A stretch of 64,000 bases of DNA from an uncultured virus (IMG/VR IMGVR_UViG_3300021963_000096) (taxonomy: Duplodnaviria; Heunggongvirae; Uroviricota; Caudoviricetes): the IMG/VR virus record IMGVR_UViG_3300021963_000096; one strand, given 5' to 3'. The translations under genes and the position numbers were made by a program. Of the stretch, positions 8,221-17,737 are shown one piece after another. Position 1 is the stretch's first letter. Every line of letters begins with the position of its first letter. Below the pieces are notes generated by a model, which was not told the DNA's origin, did no database searches, and was given only the letters and a program-made list of their open reading frames with translations.

Positions 8221-9594
8221 TTTCCATCGATTATATTCATTAACCATTTTGGGGAACGTAGTTAAAAAACTCGTTCCTCTTCTCTTGTCGTGCTCGTCAA
8301 CAAAAGAAACAAAGTCTCTTCGGATAGTCGGTAACAGGTCTGGGCCATATCTATTATCTTCTGCCCATTTAGCCACTCGTTGAAATTTAGACAATTCAGT
8401 ACTGTCAAATTTTTTATAACTTAGATTATCGACCTGTGTATTCATATAATCTATAGCTCTATATAACCGTTGAATCTGCTCATCATTAGCAATCTGTAAA
8501 CTTAAATGAGGCGGCTCTAATAGATACGGAGTATCCATCTGTATTCGTCGATTGAATATAGTATTGTATTTTTCTCGTAATTCTAAAATCTTATCTAACA
8601 GTTCTTCGAAATTATAAATGCTCAACAGATTGACAGTTATCATAAAACCTAATTTACTATTCGGTACTTCGTCGAGATATCTATGAACATTTCTTTCCCA
8701 TTGTTCTAAGTCTAGTCCATTTCTAATATATTCGGCTTGTGCTCCCCAGGTGTCAACGCTGGTATACAACATTATTTCTTTTACTTTATTATTTTCTTTC
8801 AGTGATTTAGCACGAGCGATAAATCTATCTAAATTTCTCTGAGGAACACTCATATTGCTGTTGATAGCAAATTGAAGATCTGGTCTAGGATTTTCCTCTA
8901 TATAATCTAACATTTTAATAAAATTAGAACTGAGTAAAGGTTCTCCTCCAGTGACTCTAAGAGTATTAAGATGTTTATAACATTCAGGAAACCATTTCCA
9001 AAAAGCATCAATATAAGGATTATCTTCTTCTTTATAGACAGTTCGACCTTTAGGATTAATAGCATATTGTCTACGGTTAGGCAGATATTCTAAAGGATAC
9101 TCTCCATGTTTTTTGATCTCACCTTCCCAGGCACTGCTGATAGTAGGAGCACAATACATACATTTCATTTGGCATTCGGAACCGAAACTCAATTCCATGT
9201 ATCTAGGATAAACATCAGCATCCCATGGCAAATTTTTTATTTCGTTGAGACTGGAATTTTTCTCTTCGAATTCCCAACTTCTTAAATGTCTATCGCTGAT
9301 CTGCCCTAGATCTTCTAATGCCCAACAATAAGAACATTCTTGAGGACGCTCTCCCTCTAGCATCATTTTGCGTTGTTGTTTTTTATACTTGCTATTGTGT
9401 AGAGCTGCTGGATTTTCTTTAACTTCTTCGACGCTGACTCTGTGCATAGAAGGATGATAGCAACTATGATTATCGCCCGTATGGAGGTGGATAGTGACCA
9501 TATTCCATTTTGCTAGACAAAATCCTTTTCCGGTCTTGTCTAGTTCATTAGCAATTTTAATATACTTTTTATTCGGATCTCGTCGCCAAAACAT
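8194..9594 (-). CDS. radical SAM protein with an N-terminal auxiliary Cys cluster (twitch/SPASM-like)
   Basis: CQMKCMYC (CX3CX2C) and VTGGEPLL; extra FCLAKW, SCYHP and ECSYCW cysteines N-terminal to the core. Confidence 0.85.
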   Translation of the reverse strand: MFWRRDPNKKYIKIANELDKTGKGFCLAKWNMVTIHLHTGDNHSCYHPSMHRVSVEEVKENPAALHNSKYKKQQRKMMLEGERPQECSYCWALEDLGQISDRHLRSWEFEEKNSSLNEIKNLPWDADVYPRYMELSFGSECQMKCMYCAPTISSAWEGEIKKHGEYPLEYLPNRRQYAINPKGRTVYKEEDNPYIDAFWKWFPECYKHLNTLRVTGGEPLLSSNFIKMLDYIEENPRPDLQFAINSNMSVPQRNLDRFIARAKSLKENNKVKEIMLYTSVDTWGAQAEYIRNGLDLEQWERNVHRYLDEVPNSKLGFMITVNLLSIYNFEELLDKILELREKYNTIFNRRIQMDTPYLLEPPHLSLQIANDEQIQRLYRAIDYMNTQVDNLSYKKFDSTELSKFQRVAKWAEDNRYGPDLLPTIRRDFVSFVDEHDKRRGTSFLTTFPKMVNEYNRWKLLADKIVS

Positions 9595-10252
9595 ATTGTT
9601 CTTTTAAAAAATTAAAATCATTTATCTTTCTTAGATCTTCGTGACTGTTTTTGAATTTATATCCGTACTCTCTTCCAGCACGGGCACCATTTAAACACTC
9701 TTGAGAAAACTCATTTCCGTTAGCGTTTTCACACCATACATCTAATCTATATTCATCGTCATACTTATTTCTGTTCTTTATCACAGAAGATGAGAGTTTT
9801 ACACATTCTCTAAAAGCAGTCCTCCATGTATGAAATTCGCTAGAATTAAATCTATGTATATTTAAAGTTAAATTTACATGTTCGATTTTACCAAAAAAAC
9901 TTGTAGAGAAATCAATGACTTCCTGATCAGTAAAAAACTTTTTCTGAAATATTTTTATCGCACCGTGACCGTATTCAAGATCGTTAATAGGATTCCTTGC
10001 TGAAAAAATATACATTTTTTCTTGGTCTGTTATACTTTCATAAATTTTTGAAATTTCAAAATCGTTAAGCAAATAAGCATCCGAATCGATTACTAAGAAC
10101 ATATTAGTGAAAGATTTTTCTCCGCATAATTTATGAGACCGAGCTATGTTTTCTTTTGTACTAAAAAGATTAAGATCTGTGATCTTAGATTTAGCTAATA
10201 GATAGTTTTCTGCTAGGTTAGGATCATCATAGCTTAAGAAGAACTTTTCCAT
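9569..10252 (-). CDS. GT-A fold glycosyltransferase-like protein (paralog of 10234..11151)
   Basis: FLSYDDP, VIDSD (DxD), N.L.YG.G.IK and W(R)TAFRE.VK shared with the neighbour. Confidence 0.65.
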   Translation of the reverse strand: MEKFFLSYDDPNLAENYLLAKSKITDLNLFSTKENIARSHKLCGEKSFTNMFLVIDSDAYLLNDFEISKIYESITDQEKMYIFSARNPINDLEYGHGAIKIFQKKFFTDQEVIDFSTSFFGKIEHVNLTLNIHRFNSSEFHTWRTAFRECVKLSSSVIKNRNKYDDEYRLDVWCENANGNEFSQECLNGARAGREYGYKFKNSHEDLRKINDFNFLKEQYVLATRSE

Positions 10253-11151
10253 ACTGGATCCTTATTATAATAAGTCTGTCCTAAAGAAACGGTTTCAGCA
10301 TACAGATCTCTAAAATATACACTTTGTTCTGGAGAAAAAGTTGTTAGCTGTAGACCAATGCCTGCTCGAATTTCAAAAGCCAACCACTCTAACTTTTCTA
10401 AAATTTTTTCTTTGTTATTTTCAAGATCTTTATAATTTTCTTCATAGATTGTTTTTAGACAATCAAAATCTCTAACTTGTACATAATCCCAATCTGTACA
10501 GTAGGTCATGTAACTTCCGGCACGAGCACCAAGCATCGCATATATTCCATTTTTCGCATGGTCTCCTATAGAGCACCAAATCTTTAATCTATGTAAATTG
10601 TGCCAATAGATCTGATTAAGCACAACTGATTCAGAAACTTTAACCCCGTCCTTGAGCAACATTTTTACACCTTCACGGAACCCTGCTCTCCATGCTTGGT
10701 AAGGAGAATAGTTGATAACAGTCTTGCTGAATACACTTGGATGATTTAAGTAACCATCCTCCCAGCAAAAATCTACCTGCGCCCTAGAAGCTTCAGCAGC
10801 TTCGTGTGTTCGCATATTTTTTACAAATGATTTATTCCATATTTTCAATCCACCGTTTCCATATCGTAGATTGTTGATAATATTCTCACCCGACCAACCA
10901 TACACTTGTATACCCGGTGTTTCTGTTATTTCAATATTAAGAAATCGCTCATCTATTATGTTATCACCATCCACAGTAACAAACCATTCTGTATTTGATA
11001 ATTCGGCAGCGGCTTTGTGAGCGTTATCTGAACCCTTCACTCCATGAACACGTTTAGCCCAAGGCGCTTTATTAATTAAATCAGCATGATTTAAATCAGC
11101 GTTTGGTTCGTCATAAGAGATAAAAATAATGTCTAATTCCGATGTTTTCAT
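10234..11151 (-). CDS. GT-A fold (GT2-like) glycosyltransferase-like protein
   Basis: IIFISYDEPNAD, AHKAAA, FVTVDGDN (DxD), YGNGGLK, AWRAGFREGVK. Confidence 0.7.
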   Translation of the reverse strand: MKTSELDIIFISYDEPNADLNHADLINKAPWAKRVHGVKGSDNAHKAAAELSNTEWFVTVDGDNIIDERFLNIEITETPGIQVYGWSGENIINNLRYGNGGLKIWNKSFVKNMRTHEAAEASRAQVDFCWEDGYLNHPSVFSKTVINYSPYQAWRAGFREGVKMLLKDGVKVSESVVLNQIYWHNLHRLKIWCSIGDHAKNGIYAMLGARAGSYMTYCTDWDYVQVRDFDCLKTIYEENYKDLENNKEKILEKLEWLAFEIRAGIGLQLTTFSPEQSVYFRDLYAETVSLGQTYYNKDPVWKSSS

Positions 11152-11723
11152 ATTATAGTATAAACCATGTTTAATTTTTTTCTATGATAAAAACTAATGT
11201 TGTTGGAAAATAATTTTCTATAATCGCAACGATCTATATCAAAAATCATTTCCTGAGATGTAAATTTTTTTAAATCTATTTCGAAAGTTTGATAGTGTTT
11301 GTTAACATCGTTCTTATCAGTGAGATGAATATAACTTTTATTCTTATAAGAATTTAATTTCAGAGATTCATCTCCTAAAATTATTATTTTTAATACTGGT
11401 CGATTATCTAAACTAGTGATTATTAATTTAACTTCAGCTGTTGTATCAACATTACGATGTATATAAGTCACCGGCAATAATTTATTATAATGTTTATCGG
11501 CAGTAGCAACCTGCTGATCTAAAAGATTTAATTTTCCGTCAATAATAAATGCTTTAAAATCAGTAAACAATCTAGATACTGAATCAGTATCTATTAGTTC
11601 TTTTAATTTTTTTTCATCTACCTGCACTGATAATTTACTATCAAGATCGTTTTTTATCGGAGTTCCAGAAATTTTAATAATAGATCCAGAAATTTTATCA
11701 AACAAAATATAAAGATTATCCAT
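11148..11723 (-). CDS. hypothetical protein
   Basis: ORF coupled within the glycosyltransferase operon. Confidence 0.6.
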   Translation of the reverse strand: MDNLYILFDKISGSIIKISGTPIKNDLDSKLSVQVDEKKLKELIDTDSVSRLFTDFKAFIIDGKLNLLDQQVATADKHYNKLLPVTYIHRNVDTTAEVKLIITSLDNRPVLKIIILGDESLKLNSYKNKSYIHLTDKNDVNKHYQTFEIDLKKFTSQEMIFDIDRCDYRKLFSNNISFYHRKKLNMVYTII

Positions 11724-12570
11724 TGGTTACCTTCATATTGCTAATAAATTTATTTTGATAAATCTGTATTAAAGAACCAACATCAAGATCTTTATCTGAA
11801 TAGTGTAATAGATCTATTTGATTAAAAATACCAATTTTAAAAGTCTTCTCGTCAAAATAATATCCAAGGTCTTCGTATACAGTTCCGTTCTTAATACCGT
11901 CCTGTAGTATAGCCTTTAGATGTGTAAATCGTGGAAATTCTAAAGGATATGCTATTTGATCTTCAATATCTAATATTTTTGCTGCTAGACTAAATGCTTC
12001 GTCGGTTCCGACTACTTCGGGTATATAATTCGATAAGAAAAAGTTCTTAAACTCTTTAGGATTTAAGATTATCTCTCGTCCTAATTGAAAAAATTCAGTA
12101 GTCTTGTCTGATTTAGAAAAAAACGTATAAGCAGAGTATAGCATCGGTAACTGATTTTTTGTAAAAGTTTTTCTACAGAAATCATCTGTTAATTCTAATC
12201 CGTTATATTGTAACACCCTATTATTAACATAGAGATAATTTTCTTTTATAAAATAATCAATCCAATGACTAGTATCTCTAAAAAATATCATATCTGTATC
12301 CAAGCATACAGTGTATTCCCACGGTGATAACTCGTCCATCCACGACCTACCGTCCCAATGAGATTGCTTATCCCAGAAAATCACTCTATCAAAATAAGGC
12401 ATTCCTTTTAGCCAGGAAATTTTTTCTTTATCGTCAGTTACTAATGCTACTTGATCATAACCGACTTTCTGGGTACGTTTGATAGACTGTGCTAATAGAA
12501 TAGCCATCAGATCGTAACGATGTTTTTGACTTTTAGATATTACTATCAGATATCCAAAATTTCTATTCAA
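11716..12570 (-). CDS. GT-A fold (GT8-like) glycosyltransferase
   Basis: A.LLA.SIK, VALVTD, SPWEYTVCLDTDM (DxD), TDEAFSLA, FTHLK. Confidence 0.7.
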   Translation of the reverse strand: MNRNFGYLIVISKSQKHRYDLMAILLAQSIKRTQKVGYDQVALVTDDKEKISWLKGMPYFDRVIFWDKQSHWDGRSWMDELSPWEYTVCLDTDMIFFRDTSHWIDYFIKENYLYVNNRVLQYNGLELTDDFCRKTFTKNQLPMLYSAYTFFSKSDKTTEFFQLGREIILNPKEFKNFFLSNYIPEVVGTDEAFSLAAKILDIEDQIAYPLEFPRFTHLKAILQDGIKNGTVYEDLGYYFDEKTFKIGIFNQIDLLHYSDKDLDVGSLIQIYQNKFISNMKVTNG

Positions 12571-13336
12571 TTTCTAGCTCCTGCAAATTAAATTTATTCA
12601 TTATATGAACATCGCAGTTTATTTCGAGGTCATCAAAAACTATCGTATCTTTATTAAACTTCTTTACTTTGAAATTTTCCAAAGTCATTAACGGACTCGG
12701 TAAAAAATTATCTGTAGGCACGAACCCATTAGCTATATGATTAGCTATAGTAAAAGCAAAATCATTTCTAAAACTAGTTGGAGGAAGATTATATAGATCA
12801 ACAAAGTAAAACCAATTATCTTTAACATATTCCACTATTTTAAAAATAGTTTTTACGAAATCAGTTTTTGAAAACATGATAGCAGTAGCCCATCGCATAG
12901 GAATAGTTGTTGGAGATAAATTTATAGTATCAGAGGATAATCTTTCTCCGACAGATTTCATTCCCTCAGTTATCAAAAATTCTTGGTCCGAATTCCAGTA
13001 AGAATTTAATCTATCTGTAAGTATAAAAAAATCTGAGTCGATCAATAATGTTCTCGAATACGGTGAATATTCAAAAGCAAGATATCTGTTAGTGTTGATA
13101 AAATCTATATGACGATTTGAGAGAAGTCGCGTGTTAGTTATAACTGGTCGATCTATAACTAATAGATTATCAATATTTTCAAGAGTCGACGACGTAGTAG
13201 TTACGGAATGATGATCAGTGATTAATGTAACCGGTACCCTTAAATTTTTAGTAGCATATCCGGCAGACATATTAGCTAATTTAACATAATCTATTTCTTT
13301 AGAATTATGTCCAAAAATTACTATACCTTTATCCAT
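12563..13336 (-). CDS. GT-A fold (GT8-like) glycosyltransferase (paralog of 11716..12570)
   Basis: DYVKLA.MSA, VTLITD, SPYSRTLLIDSDF (DxD), FRNDFAF, VHIMNK. Confidence 0.7.
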   Translation of the reverse strand: MDKGIVIFGHNSKEIDYVKLANMSAGYATKNLRVPVTLITDHHSVTTTSSTLENIDNLLVIDRPVITNTRLLSNRHIDFINTNRYLAFEYSPYSRTLLIDSDFFILTDRLNSYWNSDQEFLITEGMKSVGERLSSDTINLSPTTIPMRWATAIMFSKTDFVKTIFKIVEYVKDNWFYFVDLYNLPPTSFRNDFAFTIANHIANGFVPTDNFLPSPLMTLENFKVKKFNKDTIVFDDLEINCDVHIMNKFNLQELEIE

Positions 13337-13652
13337 TTTTTAGATCTTGATATCCAGCGTTATATCGCCCCAATGCCATAAAATATCGATCTAAAATGTC
13401 TGTTTGAAATTGTAATAGGTGCTCTATAACAATGGGATTTTTATTAACATCTAATAAGATGACGTTTTGTTGTTTACCCAATGACAACACAGTGTTGACA
13501 TAGGAAATTAACTGCGGGTCAATTTTAAAAATACCGCCATTAAATCCAAATGTAATGTCAGCATCAAATCTCTCTTTGAGGACTTGACGTTTGATCTTGA
13601 CTGACAATAGTCTGTCAGATTTTTTGATTATAGATTCTAAAGATTTTTCCAT
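13329..13652 (-). CDS. hypothetical protein
   Basis: First gene of the glycosyltransferase sub-operon. Confidence 0.65.
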   Translation of the reverse strand: MEKSLESIIKKSDRLLSVKIKRQVLKERFDADITFGFNGGIFKIDPQLISYVNTVLSLGKQQNVILLDVNKNPIVIEHLLQFQTDILDRYFMALGRYNAGYQDLKNG

Positions 13653-13689
13653 AGTTTAGCTCGACAACTTATATATGCCGAGCTAACTA
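13652..13689 (-). promoter_or_regulatory. stem-loop abutting the start codon of 13329..13652
   Basis: Minus-strand RNA UAGUUAGCUCGGCA-UAUAUAAGU-UGUCGAGCUAAACUA(UG); about 14 bp with one bulge and a G-U pair that forms only on the minus strand. Confidence 0.6.
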
Positions 13690-13691
13690 GG

Positions 13692-14924
13692 TTATAGGTT
13701 ATTTGTGAAGCTAACTGTGATAGCTGTTCCTGGATCCCAACCTAGAGGTATAGGATCTTTAGAATAGAACATGTTGATATTGAAAGTAATATCAGCTGTA
13801 ACACCGCCAGTAAACTGATTATCGACTTGATCTTGTAGCAGTAATTTAAATTCAATAGCGTTAGGAGTGGCTATTGGCCTAAAATGTTCCATGAGGATAT
13901 AGTTGGAAGTATAAGGGCTAGTAATAGCATTTTTTCGATATATTTCAGTGAATCCTGCGGCACTAGAAGTAAAAGCGCCTTCAGAAGTATAGTTATTTGT
14001 ATCAGTGGTCCTATCAGGAAGGAACGTTGTTGAATCGTATCCTTGTACTGCTTTAGTAAATCCGCCATAATACATTGGAAAATTATCTCCAACTAATTGT
14101 TTCCAAGATGTATCTTTAGCAGCCTGTACTCCTGTAGTCGATTCGTTAGTGACCACAAGGTTAAATCTTATTATGCCGCCAGTATTCCAAAATTGGAAAA
14201 ATTTTAATTCGTCCGGCCATGTAATAGTGAACTGAGCGTCAATGCCAGCGGCACCATTACCCCAAGTCGATGACTGAGATCTGGTCGCAAGTAGTACATT
14301 GTCATAGGTTCTTAATACTAGTTTTTTAGTCACAGCCTGATTAATAGCTGTATAATATTGATTATAAACAGAACCCTGTATGGTTGTACTTCGAGTAGGG
14401 CTTACAGTACTAGAATTAGTGGCATAGATATGCTGGAATAATGCGTCTAAATCCACTTTAATTCTATCAAATTGACTTTTATGAACTATAGGTTGTGACA
14501 CGGCTCCGGCAGGACCTATGTATGCTCCGACACTGGTTGTAGTGAGTGTTGTATTTTTTAAAGCAAAGGTATTGTTGGTTCTATTAACTACTTCAAAATA
14601 CCCGCCTTCAAGGCCCGACTGTGTTGACCACGAGCCCGGTAAACCTGAAAGATAAATTATGTCACCATTCTGGAATCCGTGATTAGTTGTAGTAGTAACA
14701 ACTCCTGGATTGGTCTTTGTAATATTAGAGATAGTTTTAGTAAAAGGATAAGGAGAAGAATTTAAGATAGCTGATGTTAACCCATATCCGTTTCCTTTAG
14801 ATGAGGCTAAAGGTTTTCCTGTATTGTCTACACCAATTGGCCCAATGATAGCCAATAGGGTATTGTATAAATTGTCCCAATCGCTAAATGATATCGGGGT
14901 TACACCTGGGGTAATGGTTGGCAT
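13692..14924 (-). CDS. virion structural / tail-associated protein
   Basis: Thr/Ser/Gly-rich; ISNITKTNPGVVTTTTNHGFQNGDII beta module; FWNTGGIIRF; lies in the fibre cluster. Confidence 0.6.
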   Translation of the reverse strand: MPTITPGVTPISFSDWDNLYNTLLAIIGPIGVDNTGKPLASSKGNGYGLTSAILNSSPYPFTKTISNITKTNPGVVTTTTNHGFQNGDIIYLSGLPGSWSTQSGLEGGYFEVVNRTNNTFALKNTTLTTTSVGAYIGPAGAVSQPIVHKSQFDRIKVDLDALFQHIYATNSSTVSPTRSTTIQGSVYNQYYTAINQAVTKKLVLRTYDNVLLATRSQSSTWGNGAAGIDAQFTITWPDELKFFQFWNTGGIIRFNLVVTNESTTGVQAAKDTSWKQLVGDNFPMYYGGFTKAVQGYDSTTFLPDRTTDTNNYTSEGAFTSSAAGFTEIYRKNAITSPYTSNYILMEHFRPIATPNAIEFKLLLQDQVDNQFTGGVTADITFNINMFYSKDPIPLGWDPGTAITVSFTNNL

Positions 14925-14934
14925 TCTTCTTTCC

Positions 14935-16731
14935 TTATAATACTAAAGCTTCTACTATTTTTATTCCAGTATCGTCTGACGATTCTAGTGCTATAGCAAA
15001 AACATCGGCAAACTGATGGAAACTGGCATAGATCGCACAACCGTTGTTCGATGCTACTAGCCTGTCACCTTTTTTAACGGATCCAACTACCTTAACAGGT
15101 ACTCGACCCTTTAGTGCTATATATGTTCCGTTGGACAAATCTTCATTCATTCTGAATGCTGGATTTTCGGAAACCACGCCTATGGCTCTATCTCCAAATT
15201 GTGCTTCACGAACTTCGGCTGCTCCACCGATTGCTACAACTGTGCCCACTTCATAATCTTTATCTGCGAGATATTTCTCCGCCAAGTCAGCATATCTAGA
15301 ACTTGTAGAAGTTCCATTAAAAAATCTAGCATTAATGTCAGCACCAGCAGTTCTTATAACGATCGTGTCTGGATCTTTTTCTGTCGAGGGGAGTCTACCT
15401 TCAACTGATTGGGTATCAGTTGACTGGCCCTCAAAGAGTACAGCTCTAATAGTTCCGTTGGATGTTCTAATAGGTATAGACGCTGCACTCGGCAAAGCTA
15501 AATCGCTAGGATTGTAAATGTTAGCGCCTACTTGTAATCTTGTAGCGGAGATAGCAGATGAAGCCTGACCCACAATAGGTCCAGAAAATTCACCTTCAAA
15601 CTTTCCATAGAATGTACGTGTAGTAGCATCAAATGAAATTACATTTGATATGTCTCTAATGCTGCCTGTGTGTTCACCTACCGTGTTTCCTGTGAGATCT
15701 CCTTCGACATCTCCAAAAAGATGATTGGCGTATATCTTGTTCCACTTTTTACCAGAATATCCTAGATTATACTTAGAGGTTGATCCTGGTAATATACAAA
15801 ATTCCGAATCTGGATCGGTTACGTCAAACAACTGTCTAGAAAAAATCATCATGTCGTCTTTGTCAGTATTAGAACCAGCATTGCTTATCCTAACTAAAAT
15901 CTGACCATTAATTTGATTTTCAATAATAGGTTGTTGACCAACTGACGAATTAACATAAATTTTAAGATCTTTTCTGATACTGGTTCCAATAGTCAATCCT
16001 GCTTGGAATCCAACAGTATTATTAAATCCGCCTTCGATATCTGATCGAATATAATTCGATGGGCTTACTCCGCCTAGTTTCTGAGAATCACTGGCTGTAC
16101 CCCAGAAAATTTGTCCGGTACTAACACCCGTCGAACTTACAGCATTTAGAGTGATACCTTTTTTAACCTGTCGACCTGTTTCTGAGAAACCAGCAATGTT
16201 ATTCGATGTCGATAATGTAAAATCATCATCATTACTAAAAATAGCAGTAGTCACGCCACCAACAACAGCACGTAAAATAACATGGCTGGTATTATTAGAA
16301 TCTTTTACAACCTGTGTTACGATCTGAGATGTGCCAAAACCCGGAGCACTCTGTGGTCCAATAAGAACAAAACTAGATCCATTCCATGCCGACAGCTGAT
16401 TGGTGTTTGTATCAAACCATAGATCGCCTGCTGTTAAACCTGGCGGAGGTGTAGATGCTATTTCAGCACCGCTGGCTACTTTAAATTTTGTACCATCGTA
16501 GAATTTTAATTTTCTATTAACAGAATCATACCAAATTTGACCTAAAATAGGCTTTAAAGGAGGTATTGTATTAGCGAAATTTTCTAGTAAGTGTAGAAAA
16601 TTTTCATTCTGTACTTCACCATATCCTGTATAATTTCTACCTACAAATTTAAGATCTGTAGTATTGTCTATAGTGCCGTCAGAAACGTTGGTTAAAAACG
16701 TTCCGTTATATCTATCTACGCGGTATGTCAT
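14935..16731 (-). CDS. tail fibre protein with a C-terminal intramolecular-chaperone (autocleavage) domain
   Basis: Shared fibre N-terminus (GRNYTGYGEVQNENFLHLLENFA...GQIWYD); C-terminal YADLAEKY...GTVV.IGG...IGVVS.NP...IAL.GRVPVKV.G.VKKGD. Confidence 0.75.
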   Translation of the reverse strand: MTYRVDRYNGTFLTNVSDGTIDNTTDLKFVGRNYTGYGEVQNENFLHLLENFANTIPPLKPILGQIWYDSVNRKLKFYDGTKFKVASGAEIASTPPPGLTAGDLWFDTNTNQLSAWNGSSFVLIGPQSAPGFGTSQIVTQVVKDSNNTSHVILRAVVGGVTTAIFSNDDDFTLSTSNNIAGFSETGRQVKKGITLNAVSSTGVSTGQIFWGTASDSQKLGGVSPSNYIRSDIEGGFNNTVGFQAGLTIGTSIRKDLKIYVNSSVGQQPIIENQINGQILVRISNAGSNTDKDDMMIFSRQLFDVTDPDSEFCILPGSTSKYNLGYSGKKWNKIYANHLFGDVEGDLTGNTVGEHTGSIRDISNVISFDATTRTFYGKFEGEFSGPIVGQASSAISATRLQVGANIYNPSDLALPSAASIPIRTSNGTIRAVLFEGQSTDTQSVEGRLPSTEKDPDTIVIRTAGADINARFFNGTSTSSRYADLAEKYLADKDYEVGTVVAIGGAAEVREAQFGDRAIGVVSENPAFRMNEDLSNGTYIALKGRVPVKVVGSVKKGDRLVASNNGCAIYASFHQFADVFAIALESSDDTGIKIVEALVL

Positions 16732-16752
16732 AGTTATTCTTCCAATTCACTG

Positions 16753-16759
16753 TATTTAT
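16753..16759 (-). promoter_or_regulatory. T4-like late promoter core
   Basis: Intergenic ATAAATA on the minus strand, upstream of start 16731. Confidence 0.6.
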
Positions 16760-16769
16760 CGTAGCAGTA

Positions 16770-17240
16770 TTATTCAAAATTCTGCTTTTTAGCTATGATA
16801 TCTTGCTCTTCTGCTTCTGAAACAAATGTAAAAGCACCGGTATTTGAAGAATATGACCTTACCTGTTCTTGATGATTCTGTTTAGCAGCGTCTAGAAACT
16901 CTTTCATAGCTGCGAATTCTGCGGTTTTAGTAATATCACTCCTATCTAACATATCGATCAGTATGTTTATTTGTCGGTGTATAGGATATTCCGACAGAAT
17001 CGTTACATTAGTGTTGTACTTTACATATGATTCAGTGATAACTGGTTTGTCAGATCTTGATCTAACTTCGCCAGTGCTATAATCACCGTACCAATAGTCA
17101 CCAGAATCTTCATCTAGCTCAACTGTTTTAACTAAAAAATTGTCGAGATTCAATGCTGTTCGATCAGTGTCGGGAGTTATTTCTCCTATTAACACACCGG
17201 TATTTTTTATAAAAAGTAATTCTCTTGCTACTTTAGCCAT
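16770..17240 (-). CDS. hypothetical protein, possible fibre assembly/chaperone factor
   Basis: Probable start 17240 (MAKVARE) after GGAGGA and TAATG coupling; YPIHRQINI resembles fibre-chaperone segments. Confidence 0.55.
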   Translation of the reverse strand: MAKVARELLFIKNTGVLIGEITPDTDRTALNLDNFLVKTVELDEDSGDYWYGDYSTGEVRSRSDKPVITESYVKYNTNVTILSEYPIHRQINILIDMLDRSDITKTAEFAAMKEFLDAAKQNHQEQVRSYSSNTGAFTFVSEAEEQDIIAKKQNFE

Positions 17241-17737
17241 TATCCAATCCTCCCCCAAGCCAATACTAGACTATATTTAGGCCGTTCTGTGGGTCCTATT
17301 TTTGTAACTTCATGTTCCAAGTGTATAGGCATGTCCATTAGAGCACCTGGTTCTTCTTCAACTAAATGATCTATGCCCTGATCATCATAATACTTAAAAT
17401 GAGGTTGATCGCTTTGAAGGAAAATCAATTTGAATTTCCAGTAACCACCTATGCTGTCTTTGTGTCTTAATAGATAGTCTCCCGGATCGTATCTATTAAT
17501 TGTCATACTAGTGATGAATCTCGAATCATCTGGTATAGTTTTAGTGATAGCATATTTTAAGTCATTGTCCATGTTAAAATGAAAAAGACTTTTTAATTTA
17601 CTATTACCATACGATGTTTTAAAATTATGTGTGTCAGTTGAGGTCCGGCTAGAAAACCTATCGCTATGCTTTTCTGCTAGTTCGATTATCTCTTCTACAT
17701 TAGTAACATAATTTTTTACTAGTTTAACCTGAGACAT
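17240..17737 (-). CDS. 2OG-Fe(II) oxygenase (prolyl-hydroxylase-like)
   Basis: INRYDPGDYLLRHKD (HxD), HEV distal His, KYSLV 2OG-binding strand. Confidence 0.75.
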   Translation of the reverse strand: MSQVKLVKNYVTNVEEIIELAEKHSDRFSSRTSTDTHNFKTSYGNSKLKSLFHFNMDNDLKYAITKTIPDDSRFITSMTINRYDPGDYLLRHKDSIGGYWKFKLIFLQSDQPHFKYYDDQGIDHLVEEEPGALMDMPIHLEHEVTKIGPTERPKYSLVLAWGRIG

